From contig OZ059896.1 of NCBI GenBank assembly GCA_964057225.1, positions 12,958,001 through 13,022,000 on the forward strand: a stretch of DNA of 64,000 nucleotides. Direction: 5' to 3'. This document shows positions 1-15,000 of this stretch, in pieces (positions within the stretch are counted from its first letter, which is position 1; the number at the start of each line of letters is the position of its first letter). The notes below the pieces were generated by a model. That model searched no databases and was not told where the DNA came from. It saw nothing but the letters and a program-made list of their open reading frames with translations. The DNA comes from Auanema rhodensis. Lineage: Eukaryota; Animalia; Nematoda. Made by a program: the position numbers and the translations under genes.

Positions 1-3000
1 GTAAAGTTCAAAGTCATGGTTACCATGTATCAATAAAAATTTGTTATTAGACTAATATAGACATGAGGAATCTAATTTTGAAAATCGCATCTCTTTATCT
101 TCAACGGGAAGCGAGTTACATACCATGTGCACATCACGTGTACAATTAATTAGCATGAATTAAAGTTCACGTAAACTTCAAAGTCCTGGTTACCATGCAC
201 CAATATCAATAAAACTTTGTTCTCAGACTAATATGGACATGGGTAATCTAATTTTGAGAACCGCATTTCTTTATCTTTCACGGGAAGCGAGTTACATACC
301 ATGTGCACAACACGTGTACAATTAATTAGCATAAATTAAAGTTCACGTAAAGTTCAAAGTCATGGTTACCATGTATCAATAAAAATTTGTTATTAGACTA
401 ATATAGACATGAGGAATCTAATTTTGAAAATCGCATCTCTTTATCTTTAACGGGAAGCGAGTTACATACCATGTGCACATCACGTGTACAATTAATTAGC
501 ATAAATTAAAGTTCACGTAAAATTAAAAGTCATGGTTACCATGCACCAATATCAATAAAAATTTCTTATTAGGCTAAAATGGACATGAGGAATCTAATTT
601 TGAGAACCGCATTTCTTTATCTTTCACGGGAAGCGAGTTACATACCATGTGCACATCACGTGTACAATTAATTAGCATAAATTAAAGTTCACGTAAATTT
701 CAAAGTCATGGTTACCATTCACCAATATCAATAAAAATTTGTTTTTAGACTAATATGGACATGGGTAATCTAATTTTGAAAACCGCATCTCTTTATCTTT
801 AACGGGAAGCGAGTTACATACCATGTGCACATCACGTGTACAATTAATTAGCATAAATTAAAGTTAACGTAAAGTTCAAAGTCATGGTTACCATGCACCA
901 ATATCAATAAAATTTTGTTCTTAGACTAATATGGACATGGGTAATCTAATTTTGAAAACCGCATTTCTTTATCTTTCACGGGAAGCGAGTTACATACCAT
1001 GTGCACATCACGTGTACAATTAATTAGCATAAATTAAAGTTCACGTAAAATTAAAAGTCATGGTTACCATGCACCAATATCAATAAAAATTTCTTATTAG
1101 GCTAAAATGGACATGAGGAATCTAATTTTGAGAACCGCATTTCTTTATTTTTCACGGGAAGCGAGTTACATACCATGTGCACATCACGTGTACAATTAAT
1201 TAGCATAAATTAAAGTTCACGTAAATTTCAAAGTCATGGTTACCATTCACCAATATCAATAAAAATTTGTTTTTAGACTAATATGGACATGGGTAATCTA
1301 ATTTTGAAAACCGCATCTCTTTATCTTTAACGGGAAGCGAGTTACATACCATGTGCACATCACGTGTACAATTAATTAGCATAAATTAAAGTTCACGTTA
1401 ATTTCAAAGTCATGGTTACCATGCACCAATATCAATAAAAATTTGTTCTTAGATTAATATGGACATGGGTAATCTAATTTTGAAAACCGCATTTCTTTAT
1501 CTTTCACGGGAAGCGAGTTACATACCATGTGCACATCACGTGTACAATTAATTAGCATAAATTAAAGTTCACGTTAATTTCAAAGTCATGGTTACCATGC
1601 ACCAATATCAATGAAATTTTGTTCTTAGACTAATATGGACATGGGTAATCTAATTTTGAAAACCGCATTTCTTTATCTTTCACGGGAAGCGAGTTACATA
1701 CCATGTGCACATCACGTGTACAATTAATTAGCATAAATTAAAGTTCACGTAAAATTAAAAGTCATGGTTACCATGCACCAATATCAATAAAAATTTCTTA
1801 TTAGGCTAAAATGGACATGAGGAATCTAATTTTGAGAACCGCATTTCTTTATCTTTCACGGGAAGCGAGTTACATACCATGTGCACATCACGTGTACAAT
1901 TAATTAGCATAAATTAAAGTTCACGTAAATTTCAAAGTCATGGTTACCATGTATCAATAAAAATTTGTTATTAGACTAATATAGACATGAGGAATCTAAT
2001 TTTGAAAATCGCATCTCTTTATCTTTAACGGGAAGCGAGTTACATACCATGTGCACATCACGTGTACAATTAATTAGCATAAATTAAAGTTCACGTTAAT
2101 TTCAAAGTCATGGTTACCATGTATCAATAAAAATTTGTTATTAGACTAATATAGACATGAGGAATCTAATTTTGAAAACCGCATCTCTTTATCTTTAACG
2201 GGAAGCGAGTTACATACCATGTGCACATCACGTGTACCATTAATTAGCATAAATTAAAGTTTACGTTAATTTCAAAGTCATGGTTACCATGCACCAATAT
2301 CAATAAAAATTTGTTCTAAGATTAATATGGACATGGGTCATCTAATTTTGAAAACTGCATTTCTTTATCTTTCACGGGAAGCGAGTTACATACCATGTGC
2401 ACATCACGTGTACACTTAATTAGCATAAATTAAAGTTCACGTAAACTTCAAAGTCATGGTTACGATGCACCAATATCAATAAAATTTTGTTATTAGACTA
2501 ATATGGACATGGGTAATCTTATTTTGAAAACCGCATCTCTTTATCTTTAACGGGGAGCGAGTTACATACCATGTGCACATCACGTGTACAATTAATTAGC
2601 ATAAATCAAAGTTCACGTAAACTTCAAAGTCCTGGTTACCATGCACCAATATCAATAAAAACTTGTTCTTAGATTAATATGGACATGGGTAATCTAATTT
2701 TGAAAACCGCATTTCTTTATCTTTCACGGGAAGCGAGTAACATACCATGTGCATATCACGTGTACAATTAATTAGCATAAATTAAAGTTCACGTTAATTT
2801 CAAAGTCATGGTTACCATGTATCAATAAAAATTTGTTATTAGACTAATATAGACATGAGGAATCTAATTTTGAAAACCGCATCTCTTTATCTTTAACGGG
2901 AAGCGAGTTACATACCATGTGCACATCACGTGTACCATTAATTAGCATAAATTAAAGTTCACGTTAATTTCAAAGTCATGGTTACCATGCACCAATATCA

Positions 3001-6000
3001 ATAAAAATTTGTTCTAAGATTAATATGGACATGGGTCATCTAATTTTGAAAACTGCATTTCTTTATCTTTCACGGGAAGCGAGTTAAATACCATGTGCAC
3101 ATCACGTGTACAATTAATTAGCATAAATTAAAGTTCACGTAAAATTAAAAGTCATGGTTACCATGCACCAATATCAATAAAAATTTGTTCTTAGATTAAT
3201 ATGGACATGGGTAATCTAATTTTGAAAACCGCATTTCTTTATCTTTCACGGGAAGCGAGTTACATACCATGTGCACATCACGTGTACAATTAATTAGCAT
3301 AAATTAAAGTTCACGTTAATTTCAAAGTCATGGTTACCATGTATCAATAAAAATTTGTTATTAGACTAATATAGACATGAGGAATCTAATTTTGAAAACC
3401 GCATCTCTTTATCTTTAACGGGAAGCGAGTTACATACCATGTGCACATCACGTGTACCATTAATTAGCATAAATTAAAGTTCACGTTAATTTCAAAGTCA
3501 TGGTTACCATGCACCAATATCAATAAAAATTTGTTCTAAGATTAATATGGACATGGGTCATCTAATTTTGAAAACTGCATTTCTTTATCTTTCACGGGAA
3601 GCGAGTTAAATACCATGTGCACATCACGTGTACAATTAATTAGCATAAATTAAAGTTCACGTAAAATTAAAAGTCATGGTTACCATGCACCAATATCAAT
3701 AAAAATTTGTTCTTAGATTAATATGGACATGGGTAATCTAATTTTGAAAACCGCATTTCTTTATCTTTCACGGGAAGCGAGTTACATACCATGTGCACAT
3801 CACGTGTACAATTAATTAGCATAAATTAAAGTTCACGTTAATTTCAAAGTCATGGTTACCATGCACCAATATCAATAAAATTTTGTTCTTAGACTAATAT
3901 GGACATGGGTAATCTAATTTTGAAAACCGCATTTCTTTATCTTTCACGGGAAGCGAGTTACATACCATGTGCACATCACGTGTACAATTAATTAGCATAA
4001 ATTAAAGTTCACGTAAAATTAAAAGTCATGGTTACCATGCACCAATATCAATAAAAATTTCTTATTAGGCTAAAATGGACATGAGGAATCTAATTTTGAG
4101 AACCGCATTTCTTTATCTTTCACGGGAAGCGAGTTACATACCATGTGCACATCACGTGTACAATTAATTAGCATAAATTAAAGTTCACGTAAATTTCAAA
4201 GTCATGGTTACCATTCACCAATATCAATAAAAATTTGTTTTTAGACTAATATGGACATGGGTAATCTAATTTTGAAAACCGCATCTCTTTATCTTTAACG
4301 GGAAGCGAGTTACATACCATGTGCATATCACGTGTACAATTAATTAGCATAAATTAAAGTTCACGTTAATTTCAAAGTCATGGTTACCATGCACCAATAT
4401 CAATAAAAATTTGTTCTTAGATTAATATGGACATGGGTAATCTAATTTTGAAAACCGCATTTCTTTATCTTTCACGGGAAGCGAGTTACATACCATGTGC
4501 ACATCACGTGTACAATTAATTAGCATAAATTAAAGTTCACGTTAATTTCAAAGTCATGGTTACCATGCACCAATATCAATAAAAATTTGTTCTTAGATTA
4601 ATATGGACATGGGTAATCTAATTTTGAGAACCGCATTTCTTTATCTTTCACGGGAAGCGAGTTACATACCATGTGCACATCACGTGTACAATTAATTAGC
4701 ATAAATTAAAGTTCACGTAAAGTTCAAAGTCATGGTTACCATGTATCAATAAAAATTTGTTATTAGACTAATATAGACATGAGGAATCTAATTTTGAAAA
4801 TCGCATCTCTTTATCTTTAACGGGAAGCGAGTTACATACCATGTGCACATCACGTGTACAATTAATTAGCATAAATTAAAGTTCACGTAAAGTTCAAAGT
4901 CATGGTTACCATGCACCAATATCAATAAAATTTTGTTCTTAGACTAATATGGACATGGGTAATCTAATTTTGAAAACCGCATTTCTTTATCTTTCACGGG
5001 AAGCGAGTTACATACCATGTGCACATCACGTGTACAATTATTTAGCATAAATTAAAGTTCACGTAAAATTAAAAGTCATGGTTACCATGCACCAATATCA
5101 ATAAAAATTTCTTATTAGGCTAAAATGGACATGAGGAATCTAATTTTGAGAACCGCATTTCTTTATCTTTCACGGGAAGCGAGTTACATACCATGTGCAC
5201 ATCACGTGTACAATTAATTAGCATAAATTAAAGTTCACGTAAATTTCAAAGTCATGGTTACCATTCACCAATATCAATAAAAATTTGTTTTTAGACTAAT
5301 ATGGACATGGGTAATCTAATTTTGAAAACCGCATCTCTTTATCTTTCACGGGAAGCGAGTTACATACCATGTGCACATCACGTGTACAATTAATTAGCAT
5401 AAATTAAAGTTCACGTAAAGTTCAAAGTCATGGTTACCATGCACCAATATCAATAAAATTTTGTTCTTAGACTAATATGGACATGGGTAATCTAATTTTG
5501 AAAACCGCATTTCTTTATCTTTCACGGGAAGCGAGTTACATACCATGTGCACATCACGTGTACAATTAATTAGCATAAATTAAAGTTCACGTAAAATTAA
5601 AAGTCATGGTTACCATGCACCAATATCAATAAAAATTTCTTATTAGGCTAAAATGGACATGAGGAATCTAATTTTGAGAACCGCATTTCTTTATCTTTCA
5701 CGGGAAGCGAATTACATACCATGTGCACATCACGTGTACAATTAATTAGCATAAATTAAAGTTCACGTAAATTTCAAAGTCATGGTTACCATTCACCAAT
5801 ATCAATAAAAATTTGTTTTTAGACTAATATGGACATGGGTAATCTAATTTTGAAAACCGCATCTCTTTATCTTTAACGGGAAGCGAGTTACATACCATGT
5901 GCACATCACGTGTACAATTAATTAGCATAAATTAAAGTTCACGTTAATTTCAAAGTCATGGTTACCATGCACCAATATCAATAAAAATTTGTTCTTAGAT

Positions 6001-9000
6001 TAATATGGACATGGGTAATCTAATTTTGAAAACCGCATTTCTTTATCTTTCACGGGAAGCGAGTTACATACCATGTGCACATCACGTGTACAATTAATTA
6101 GCATAAATTAAAGTTCACGTTAATTTCAAAGTCATGGTTACCATGCACCAATATCAATAAAAATTTGTTCTTAGATTAATATGGACATGGGTAATCTAAT
6201 TTTGAGAACCGCATTTCTTTATCTTTCACGGGAAGCGAGTTACATACCATGTGCACATCACGTGTACACTTAATTAGCATAAATTAAAGTTCACGTAAAC
6301 TTCAAAGTCATGGTTACGATGCACCAATATCAATAAAATTTTGTTATTAGACTAATATGGACATGGGTAATCTTATTTTGAAAACCGCATCTCTTTATCT
6401 TTAACGGGGAGCGAGTTACATACCATGTGCACATCACGTGTACAATTAATTAGCATAAATCAAAGTTCACGTAAACTTCAAAGTCCTGGTTACCATGCAC
6501 CAATATCAATAAAAACTTGTTCTTAGATTAATATGGACATGGGTAATCTAATTTTGAAAACCGCATTTCTTTATCTTTCACGGGAAGCGAGTAACATACC
6601 ATGTGCATATCACGTGTACAATTAATTAGCATAAATTAAAGTTCACGTTAATTTCAAAGTCATGGTTACCATGTATCAATAAAAATTTGTTATTAGACTA
6701 ATATAGACATGAGGAATCTAATTTTGAAAACCGCATCTCTTTATCTTTAACGGGAAGCGAGTTACATACCATGTGCACATCACGTGTACCATTAATTAGC
6801 ATAAATTAAAGTTCACGTTAATTTCAAAGTCATGGTTACCATGCACCAATATCAATAAAAATTTGTTCTAAGATTAATATGGACATGGGTCATCTAATTT
6901 TGAAAACTGCATTTCTTTATCTTTCACGGGAAGCGAGTTAAATACCATGTGCACATCACGTGTACAATTAATTAGCATAAATTAAAGTTCACGTTAATTT
7001 CAAAGTCATGGTTACCATGCACCAATATCAATAAAAATTTGTTATTAGACTAATATGGACATGGGTAATCTTATTTTGAAAACCGCATCTCTTTATCTTT
7101 AACGGGGAGCGAGTTACATACCATGTGCACATCACGTGTACAATTAATTAGCATAAATCAAAGTTCACGTAAACTTCAAAGTCCTGGTTACCATGCACCA
7201 ATATCAATAAAAACTTGTTCTTAGATTAATATGGACATGGGTAATCTAATTTTGAAAACCGCATTTCTTTATCTTTCACGGGAAGCGAGTAACATACCAT
7301 GTGCATATCACGTGTACAATTAATTAGCATAAATTAAAGTTCACGTTAATTTCAAAGTCATGGTTACCATGTATCAATAAAAATTTGTTATTAGACTAAT
7401 ATAGACATGAGGAATCTAATTTTGAAAACCGCATCTCTTTATCTTTAACGGGAAGCGAGTTACATACCATGTGCACATCACGTGTACCATTAATTAGCAT
7501 AAATTAAAGTTCACGTTAATTTCAAAGTCATGGTTACCATGCACCAATATCAATAAAAATTTGTTCTAAGATTAATATGGACATGGGTCATCTAATTTTG
7601 AAAACTGCATTTCTTTATCTTTCACGGGAAGCGAGTTAAATACCATGTGCACATCACGTGTACAATTAATTAGCATAAATTAAAGTTCACGTTAATTTCA
7701 AAGTCATGGTTACCATGCACCAATATCAATAAAAATTTGTTATTAGACTAATATGGACATGGGTAATCTAATTTTGAAAACCGCATCTCTTTATCTTTAA
7801 CGGGAAGCGAGTTACATACCATGTGCACATCACGTGTACACTTAATTAGCATAAATTAAAGTTCACGTAAACTTCAAAGTCATGGTTACGATGCACCAAT
7901 ATCAATAAAATTTTGTTATTAGACTAATATGGACATGGGTAATCTAATTTTGAAAACCGCATCTCTTTATCTTTAACGGGAAGCGAGTTACATACCATGT
8001 GCACATCACGTGTACCATTAATTAGCATAAATTAAAGTTCACGTTAATTTCAAAGTCATGGTTACCATGCACCAATATCAATAAAAATTTGTTCTAAGAT
8101 TAATATGGACATGGGTCATCTAATTTTGAAAACTGCATTTCTTTATCTTTCACGGGAAGCGAGTTAAATACCATGTGCACATCACGTGTACAATTAATTA
8201 GCATAAATTAAAGTTCACGTTAATTTCAAAGTCATGGTTACCATGCACCAATATCAATAAAAATTTGTTCTAAGATTAATATGGACATGAGGAATCTAAT
8301 TTTGAAAACCGCATTTCTTTATCTTTCACGGGAAGCGAGTTACATACCATGTGCACATCACGTGTACAATTAATTAGCATAAATTAAAGTTCACGTTAAT
8401 TTCAAAGTCATGGTTACCATGCACCAATATCAATAAAAATTTGTTTTTAGACTAATATGGACATGGGTAATCTAATTTTGAAAACCGCATCTCTTTATCT
8501 TTAACGGGAAGCGAGTTACATACCATGTGCACATCACGTGTACACTTAATTAGCATAAATTAAAGTTCACGTAAACTTCAAAGTCATGGTTACGATGCAC
8601 CAATATCAATAAAATTTTGTTATTAGACTAATATGGACATGGGTAATCTTATTTTGAAAACCGCATCTCTTTATCTTCAACGGGGAGCGAGTTACATACC
8701 ATGTGCACATCACGTGTACAATTAATTAGCATAAATCAAAGTTCACGTAAACTTCAAAGTCCTGGTTACCATGCACCAATATCAATAAAAACTTGTTCTT
8801 AGATTAATATGGACATGGGTAATCTAATTTTGAAAACCGCATTTCTTTATCTTTCACGGGAAGCGAGTAACATACCATGTGCATATCACGTGTACAATTA
8901 ATTAGCATAAATTAAAGTTCACGTTAATTTCAAAGTCATGGTTACCATGTATCAATAAAAATTTGTTATTAGACTAATATAGACATGAGGAATCTAATTT

Positions 9001-12000
9001 TGAAAACCGCATCTCTTTATCTTTAACGGGAAGCGAGTTACATACCATGTGCACATCACGTGTACCATTAATTAGCATAAATTAAAGTTCACGTTAATTT
9101 CAAAGTCATGGTTACCATGCACCAATATCAATAAAAATTTGTTCTAAGATTAATATGGACATGGGTCATCTAATTTTGAAAACTGCATTTCTTTATCTTT
9201 CACGGGAAGCGAGTTAAATACCATGTGCACATCACGTGTACAATTAATTAGCATAAATTAAAGTTCACGTAAAATTAAAAGTCATGGTTACCATGCACCA
9301 ATATCAATAAAAATTTGTTCTTAGATTAATATGGACATGGGTAATCTAATTTTGAAAACCGCATTTCTTTATCTTTCACGGGAAGCGAGTTACATACCAT
9401 GTGCACATCACGTGTACAATTAATTAGCATAAATTAAAGTTCACGTTAATTTCAAAGTCATGGTTACCATGCACCAATATCAATAAAATTTTGTTCTTAG
9501 ACTAATATGGACATGGGTAATCTAATTTTGAAAACCGCATTTCTTTATCTTTCACGGGAAGCGAGTTACATACCATGTGCACATCACGTGTACAATTAAT
9601 TAGCATAAATTAAAGTTCACGTAAAATTAAAAGTCATGGTTACCATGCACCAATATCAATAAAAATTTCTTATTAGGCTAAAATGGACATGAGGAATCTA
9701 ATTTTGAGAACCGCATTTCTTTATCTTTCACGGGAAGCGAGTTACATACCATGTGCACATCACGTGTACAATTAATTAGCATAAATTAAAGTTCACGTAA
9801 ATTTCAAAGTCATGGTTACCATTCACCAATATCAATAAAAATTTGTTTTTAGACTAATATGGACATGGGTAATCTAATTTTGAAAACCGCATCTCTTTAT
9901 CTTTAACGGGAAGCGAGTTACATACCATGTGCATATCACGTGTACAATTAATTAGCATAAATTAAAGTTCACGTTAATTTCAAAGTCATGGTTACCATGC
10001 ACCAATATCAATAAAAATTTGTTCTTAGATTAATATGGACATGGGTAATCTAATTTTGAAAACCGCATTTCTTTATCTTTCACGGGAAGCGAGTTACATA
10101 CCATGTGCACATCACGTGTACAATTAATTAGCATAAATTAAAGTTCACGTTAATTTCAAAGTCATGGTTACCATGCACCAATATCAATAAAAATTTGTTC
10201 TTAGATTAATATGGACATGGGTAATCTAATTTTGAGAACCGCATTTCTTTATCTTTCACGGGAAGCGAGTTACATACCATGTGCACATCACGTGTACAAT
10301 TAATTAGCATAAATTAAAGTTCACGTAAAGTTCAAAGTCATGGTTACCATGTATCAATAAAAATTTGTTATTAGACTAATATAGACATGAGGAATCTAAT
10401 TTTGAAAATCGCATCTCTTTATCTTTAACGGGAAGCGAGTTACATACCATGTGCACATCACGTGTACAATTAATTAGCATAAATTAAAGTTCACGTAAAG
10501 TTCAAAGTCATGGTTACCATGCACCAATATCAATAAAATTTTGTTCTTAGACTAATATGGACATGGGTAATCTAATTTTGAAAACCGCATTTCTTTATCT
10601 TTCACGGGAAGCGAGTTACATACCATGTGCACATCACGTGTACAATTATTTAGCATAAATTAAAGTTCACGTAAAATTAAAAGTCATGGTTACCATGCAC
10701 CAATATCAATAAAAATTTCTTATTAGGCTAAAATGGACATGAGGAATCTAATTTTGAGAACCGCATTTCTTTATCTTTCACGGGAAGCGAGTTACATACC
10801 ATGTGCACATCACGTGTACAATTAATTAGCATAAATTAAAGTTCACGTAAATTTCAAAGTCATGGTTACCATTCACCAATATCAATAAAAATTTGTTTTT
10901 AGACTAATATGGACATGGGTAATCTAATTTTGAAAACCGCATCTCTTTATCTTTCACGGGAAGCGAGTTACATACCATGTGCACATCACGTGTACAATTA
11001 ATTAGCATAAATTAAAGTTCACGTAAAGTTCAAAGTCATGGTTACCATGCACCAATATCAATAAAATTTTGTTCTTAGACTAATATGGACATGGGTAATC
11101 TAATTTTGAAAACCGCATTTCTTTATCTTTCACGGGAAGCGAGTTACATACCATGTGCACATCACGTGTACAATTAATTAGCATAAATTAAAGTTCACGT
11201 AAAATTAAAAGTCATGGTTACCATGCACCAATATCAATAAAAATTTCTTATTAGGCTAAAATGGACATGAGGAATCTAATTTTGAGAACCGCATTTCTTT
11301 ATCTTTCACGGGAAGCGAATTACATACCATGTGCACATCACGTGTACAATTAATTAGCATAAATTAAAGTTCACGTAAATTTCAAAGTCATGGTTACCAT
11401 TCACCAATATCAATAAAAATTTGTTTTTAGACTAATATGGACATGGGTAATCTAATTTTGAAAACCGCATCTCTTTATCTTTAACGGGAAGCGAGTTACA
11501 TACCATGTGCACATCACGTGTACAATTAATTAGCATAAATTAAAGTTCACGTTAATTTCAAAGTCATGGTTACCATGCACCAATATCAATAAAAATTTGT
11601 TCTTAGATTAATATGGACATGGGTAATCTAATTTTGAAAACCGCATTTCTTTATCTTTCACGGGAAGCGAGTTACATACCATGTGCACATCACGTGTACA
11701 ATTAATTAGCATAAATTAAAGTTCACGTTAATTTCAAAGTCATGGTTACCATGCACCAATATCAATAAAAATTTGTTCTTAGATTAATATGGACATGGGT
11801 AATCTAATTTTGAGAACCGCATTTCTTTATCTTTCACGGGAAGCGAGTTACATACCATGTGCACATCACGTGTACAATTAATTAGCATAAATTAAAGTTC
11901 ACGTAAATTTCAAAGTCATGGTTACCATGTATCAATAAAAATTTGTTATTAGACTAATATAGACATGAGGAATCTAACTTTGAAAATCGCATCTCTTTAT

Positions 12001-15000
12001 CTTTAACGGGAAGCGAGTTACATACGATGTGCACATCACGTGTACAATTAATTAGCATAAATTAAAGTTCACGTTAATTTCAAAGTCATGGTTACCATGC
12101 ACCAATATCAATAAAATTTTGTTCTTAGACTAATATGGACATGGGTAATCTAATTTTGAAAACCGCATTTCTTTATCTTTCACGGGAAGCGAGTTACATA
12201 CCATGTGCACATCACGTGTACAATTAATTAGCATAAATTAAAGTTTACGTTAATTTCAAAGTAATATTACCATGCACCAATATCAATAAAAATTTGTTCT
12301 TAGACTAATATAGACATGAGGAATCTAATTTCGAAAATCGCATCTCTTTATCTTTAACGGGAAGCGAGTTACATACCATGTGCACATCACGTGTACAATT
12401 AATTAGCATAAATTAAAGTTCACGTAAACTTCAAAGTCCTGGTTACCATGCACCAATATCAATAAAACTTTGTTCTCAGACTAATATGGACATGGGTAAT
12501 CTAATTTTGAGAACCGCATTTCTTTATTTTTCACGGGAAGCGAGTTACATACCATGTGCACATCACGTGTACAATTAATTAGCATAAATTAAAGTTCACG
12601 TAAACTTCAAAGTCCTGGTTACCATGCACCAATATCAATAAAAATTTGTTCTTAGATTAATATGGACATGGGTAATCTAATTTTGAGAACCGCATTTCTT
12701 TATCTTTCACGGGAAGCGAGTTACATACCATGTGCACATCACGTGTACAATTAATTAGCATAAATTAAAGTTCACGTAAAGTTCAAAGTCATGGTTATCA
12801 TGTATCAATAAAAATTTGTTATTAGACTAATATAGACATGAGGAATCTAATTTCGAAAATCGCATCTCTTTATCTTTAACGGGAAGCGAGTTACATACCA
12901 TGTGCACATCACGTGTACAATTAATTAGCATAAATTAAAGTTCACGTAAACTTCAAAGTCCTGGTTACCATGCACCAATATCAATAAAACTTTGTTCTCA
13001 GACTAATATGGACATGGGTAATCTAATTTTGAGAACCGCATTTCTTTATTTTTCACGGGAAGCGAGTTACATACCATGTGCACATCACGTGTACAATTAA
13101 TTAGCATAAATTAAAGTTCACGTAAAGTTCAAAGTCATGGTTACCATGTAACAATAAAAATTTGTTATTAGACTAATATAAACATAAGGAATCTAATTTT
13201 GAAAATCGCATCTCTTTATCTTTAACGGGAAGCGAGTTACATACCATGTGCACATCACGTGTACAATTAATTAGCATAAATTAAAGTTCACGTAAAGTTC
13301 AAAGTCATGGTTACCATGCACCAATATCAATAAAATTTTGTCCTTAGACTAATATGGACATGGGTAATCTAATTTTGAAAACCGCATTTCTTTATCTTTC
13401 ACGGGAAGCGAGTTACATACCATGTGCACATCACGTGTACAATTAATTAGCAGAAATTAAAGTTCACGTAAAATTCAAAGTCATGGTTACCATGCACCAA
13501 TATCAATAAAAATTTCTTATTAGGCTAAAATGGACATGAGGAATCTAATTTTGAAAACCGCATTTCTTTATCTTTCACGGGAAGCGAGTTACATACCATG
13601 TGCACATCACGTGTACAATTAATTAGCATAAATTAAAGTTCACGTAAAATTCAAAGTCATGGTTACCATGCACCAATATCAATAAAAATTTGTTCTTAGA
13701 CTAATATGGACATGGGTAATCTAATTTTGAAAACCGCATCTCTTTATCTTTAACGGGAAGCGAGTTACATACCATGTGCACATCACGTGTACAATTAATT
13801 AGCATAAATTAAAGTTCACGTTAATTTCAAAGTCATGGTTACCATGCACCAATATCAATAAAAATTTGTTCTTAGATTAATATGGACATGGGTAATCTAA
13901 TTTTGAAAACCGCATTTCTTTATCTTTCACGGGAAGCGAGTTACATACCATGTGCACATCACGTGTACAATTAATTAGCATAAATTAAAGTTCACGTAAA
14001 CTTCAAAGTCATGGTTACCATGCACCAATATCAATAAAAATTTCTTATTAGGCTAAAATGGACATGAGGAATCTAATTTTGAGAACCGCATTTCTTTATC
14101 TTTCACGGGAAGCGAGTTACATACCATGTGCACATCACGTGTACAATTAATTAGCATAAATTAAAGTTCACGTAAATTTCAAAGTCATGGTTACCATGCA
14201 CCAATATCAATAAAATTTTGTTTTTAGACTAATATGGACATGGGTAATCTAATTTTGAAAACCGCATCTCTTTATCTTTAACGGGAAGCGAGTTACATAC
14301 CATGTGCACATCACGTGTACAATTAATTAGCATAAATTAAAGTTCACGTTAATTTCAAAGTCATGGTTACCATGCACCAATATCAATAAAAATTTGTTCT
14401 TAGATTAATATGGACATGGGTAATCTAATTTTGAAAACCGCATTTCTTTATCTTTCACGGGAAGCGAGTTACATACCATGTGCACATCACGTGTACAATT
14501 AATTAGCATAAATTAAAGTTCACGTTAATTTCAAAGTCATGGTTACCATGCACCAATATCAATAAAAATTTGTTCTTAGATTAATATGGACATGGGTAAT
14601 CTAATTTTGAGAACCGCATTTCTTTATCTTTCACGGGAAGCGAGTTACATACCATGTGCACATCACGTGTACAATTAATTAGCATAAATTAAAGTTCACG
14701 TTAATTTCAAAGTCATGGTTACCATGCACCAATATCAATAAAATTTTGTTCTTAGACTAATATGGACATGGGTAATCTAATTTTGAAAACCGCATTTCTT
14801 TATCTTTCACGGGAAGCGAGTTACATACCATGTGCACATCACGTGTACAATTAATTAGCATAAATTAAAGTTCACGTTAATTTCAAAGTCATGGTTACCA
14901 TGCACCAATATCAATAAAAATTTGTTCTTAGATTAATATGGACATGGGTAATCTAATTTTGAGAACCGCATTTCTTTATCTTTCACGGGAAGCGAGTTAC

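Noticed and set aside
270-286. CENP-B box-like motif around ...TTTCACGGGA
   Set aside because: Only CGGG and TT match. The required TTCG and central A of NTTCGNNNNANNCGGGN are absent.
569-574. TTAGGC (nematode telomeric hexamer) in one monomer class
   Set aside because: A single hexamer arising by one substitution from TTAGAC, never tandem. Not evidence of telomeric origin or host taxon.
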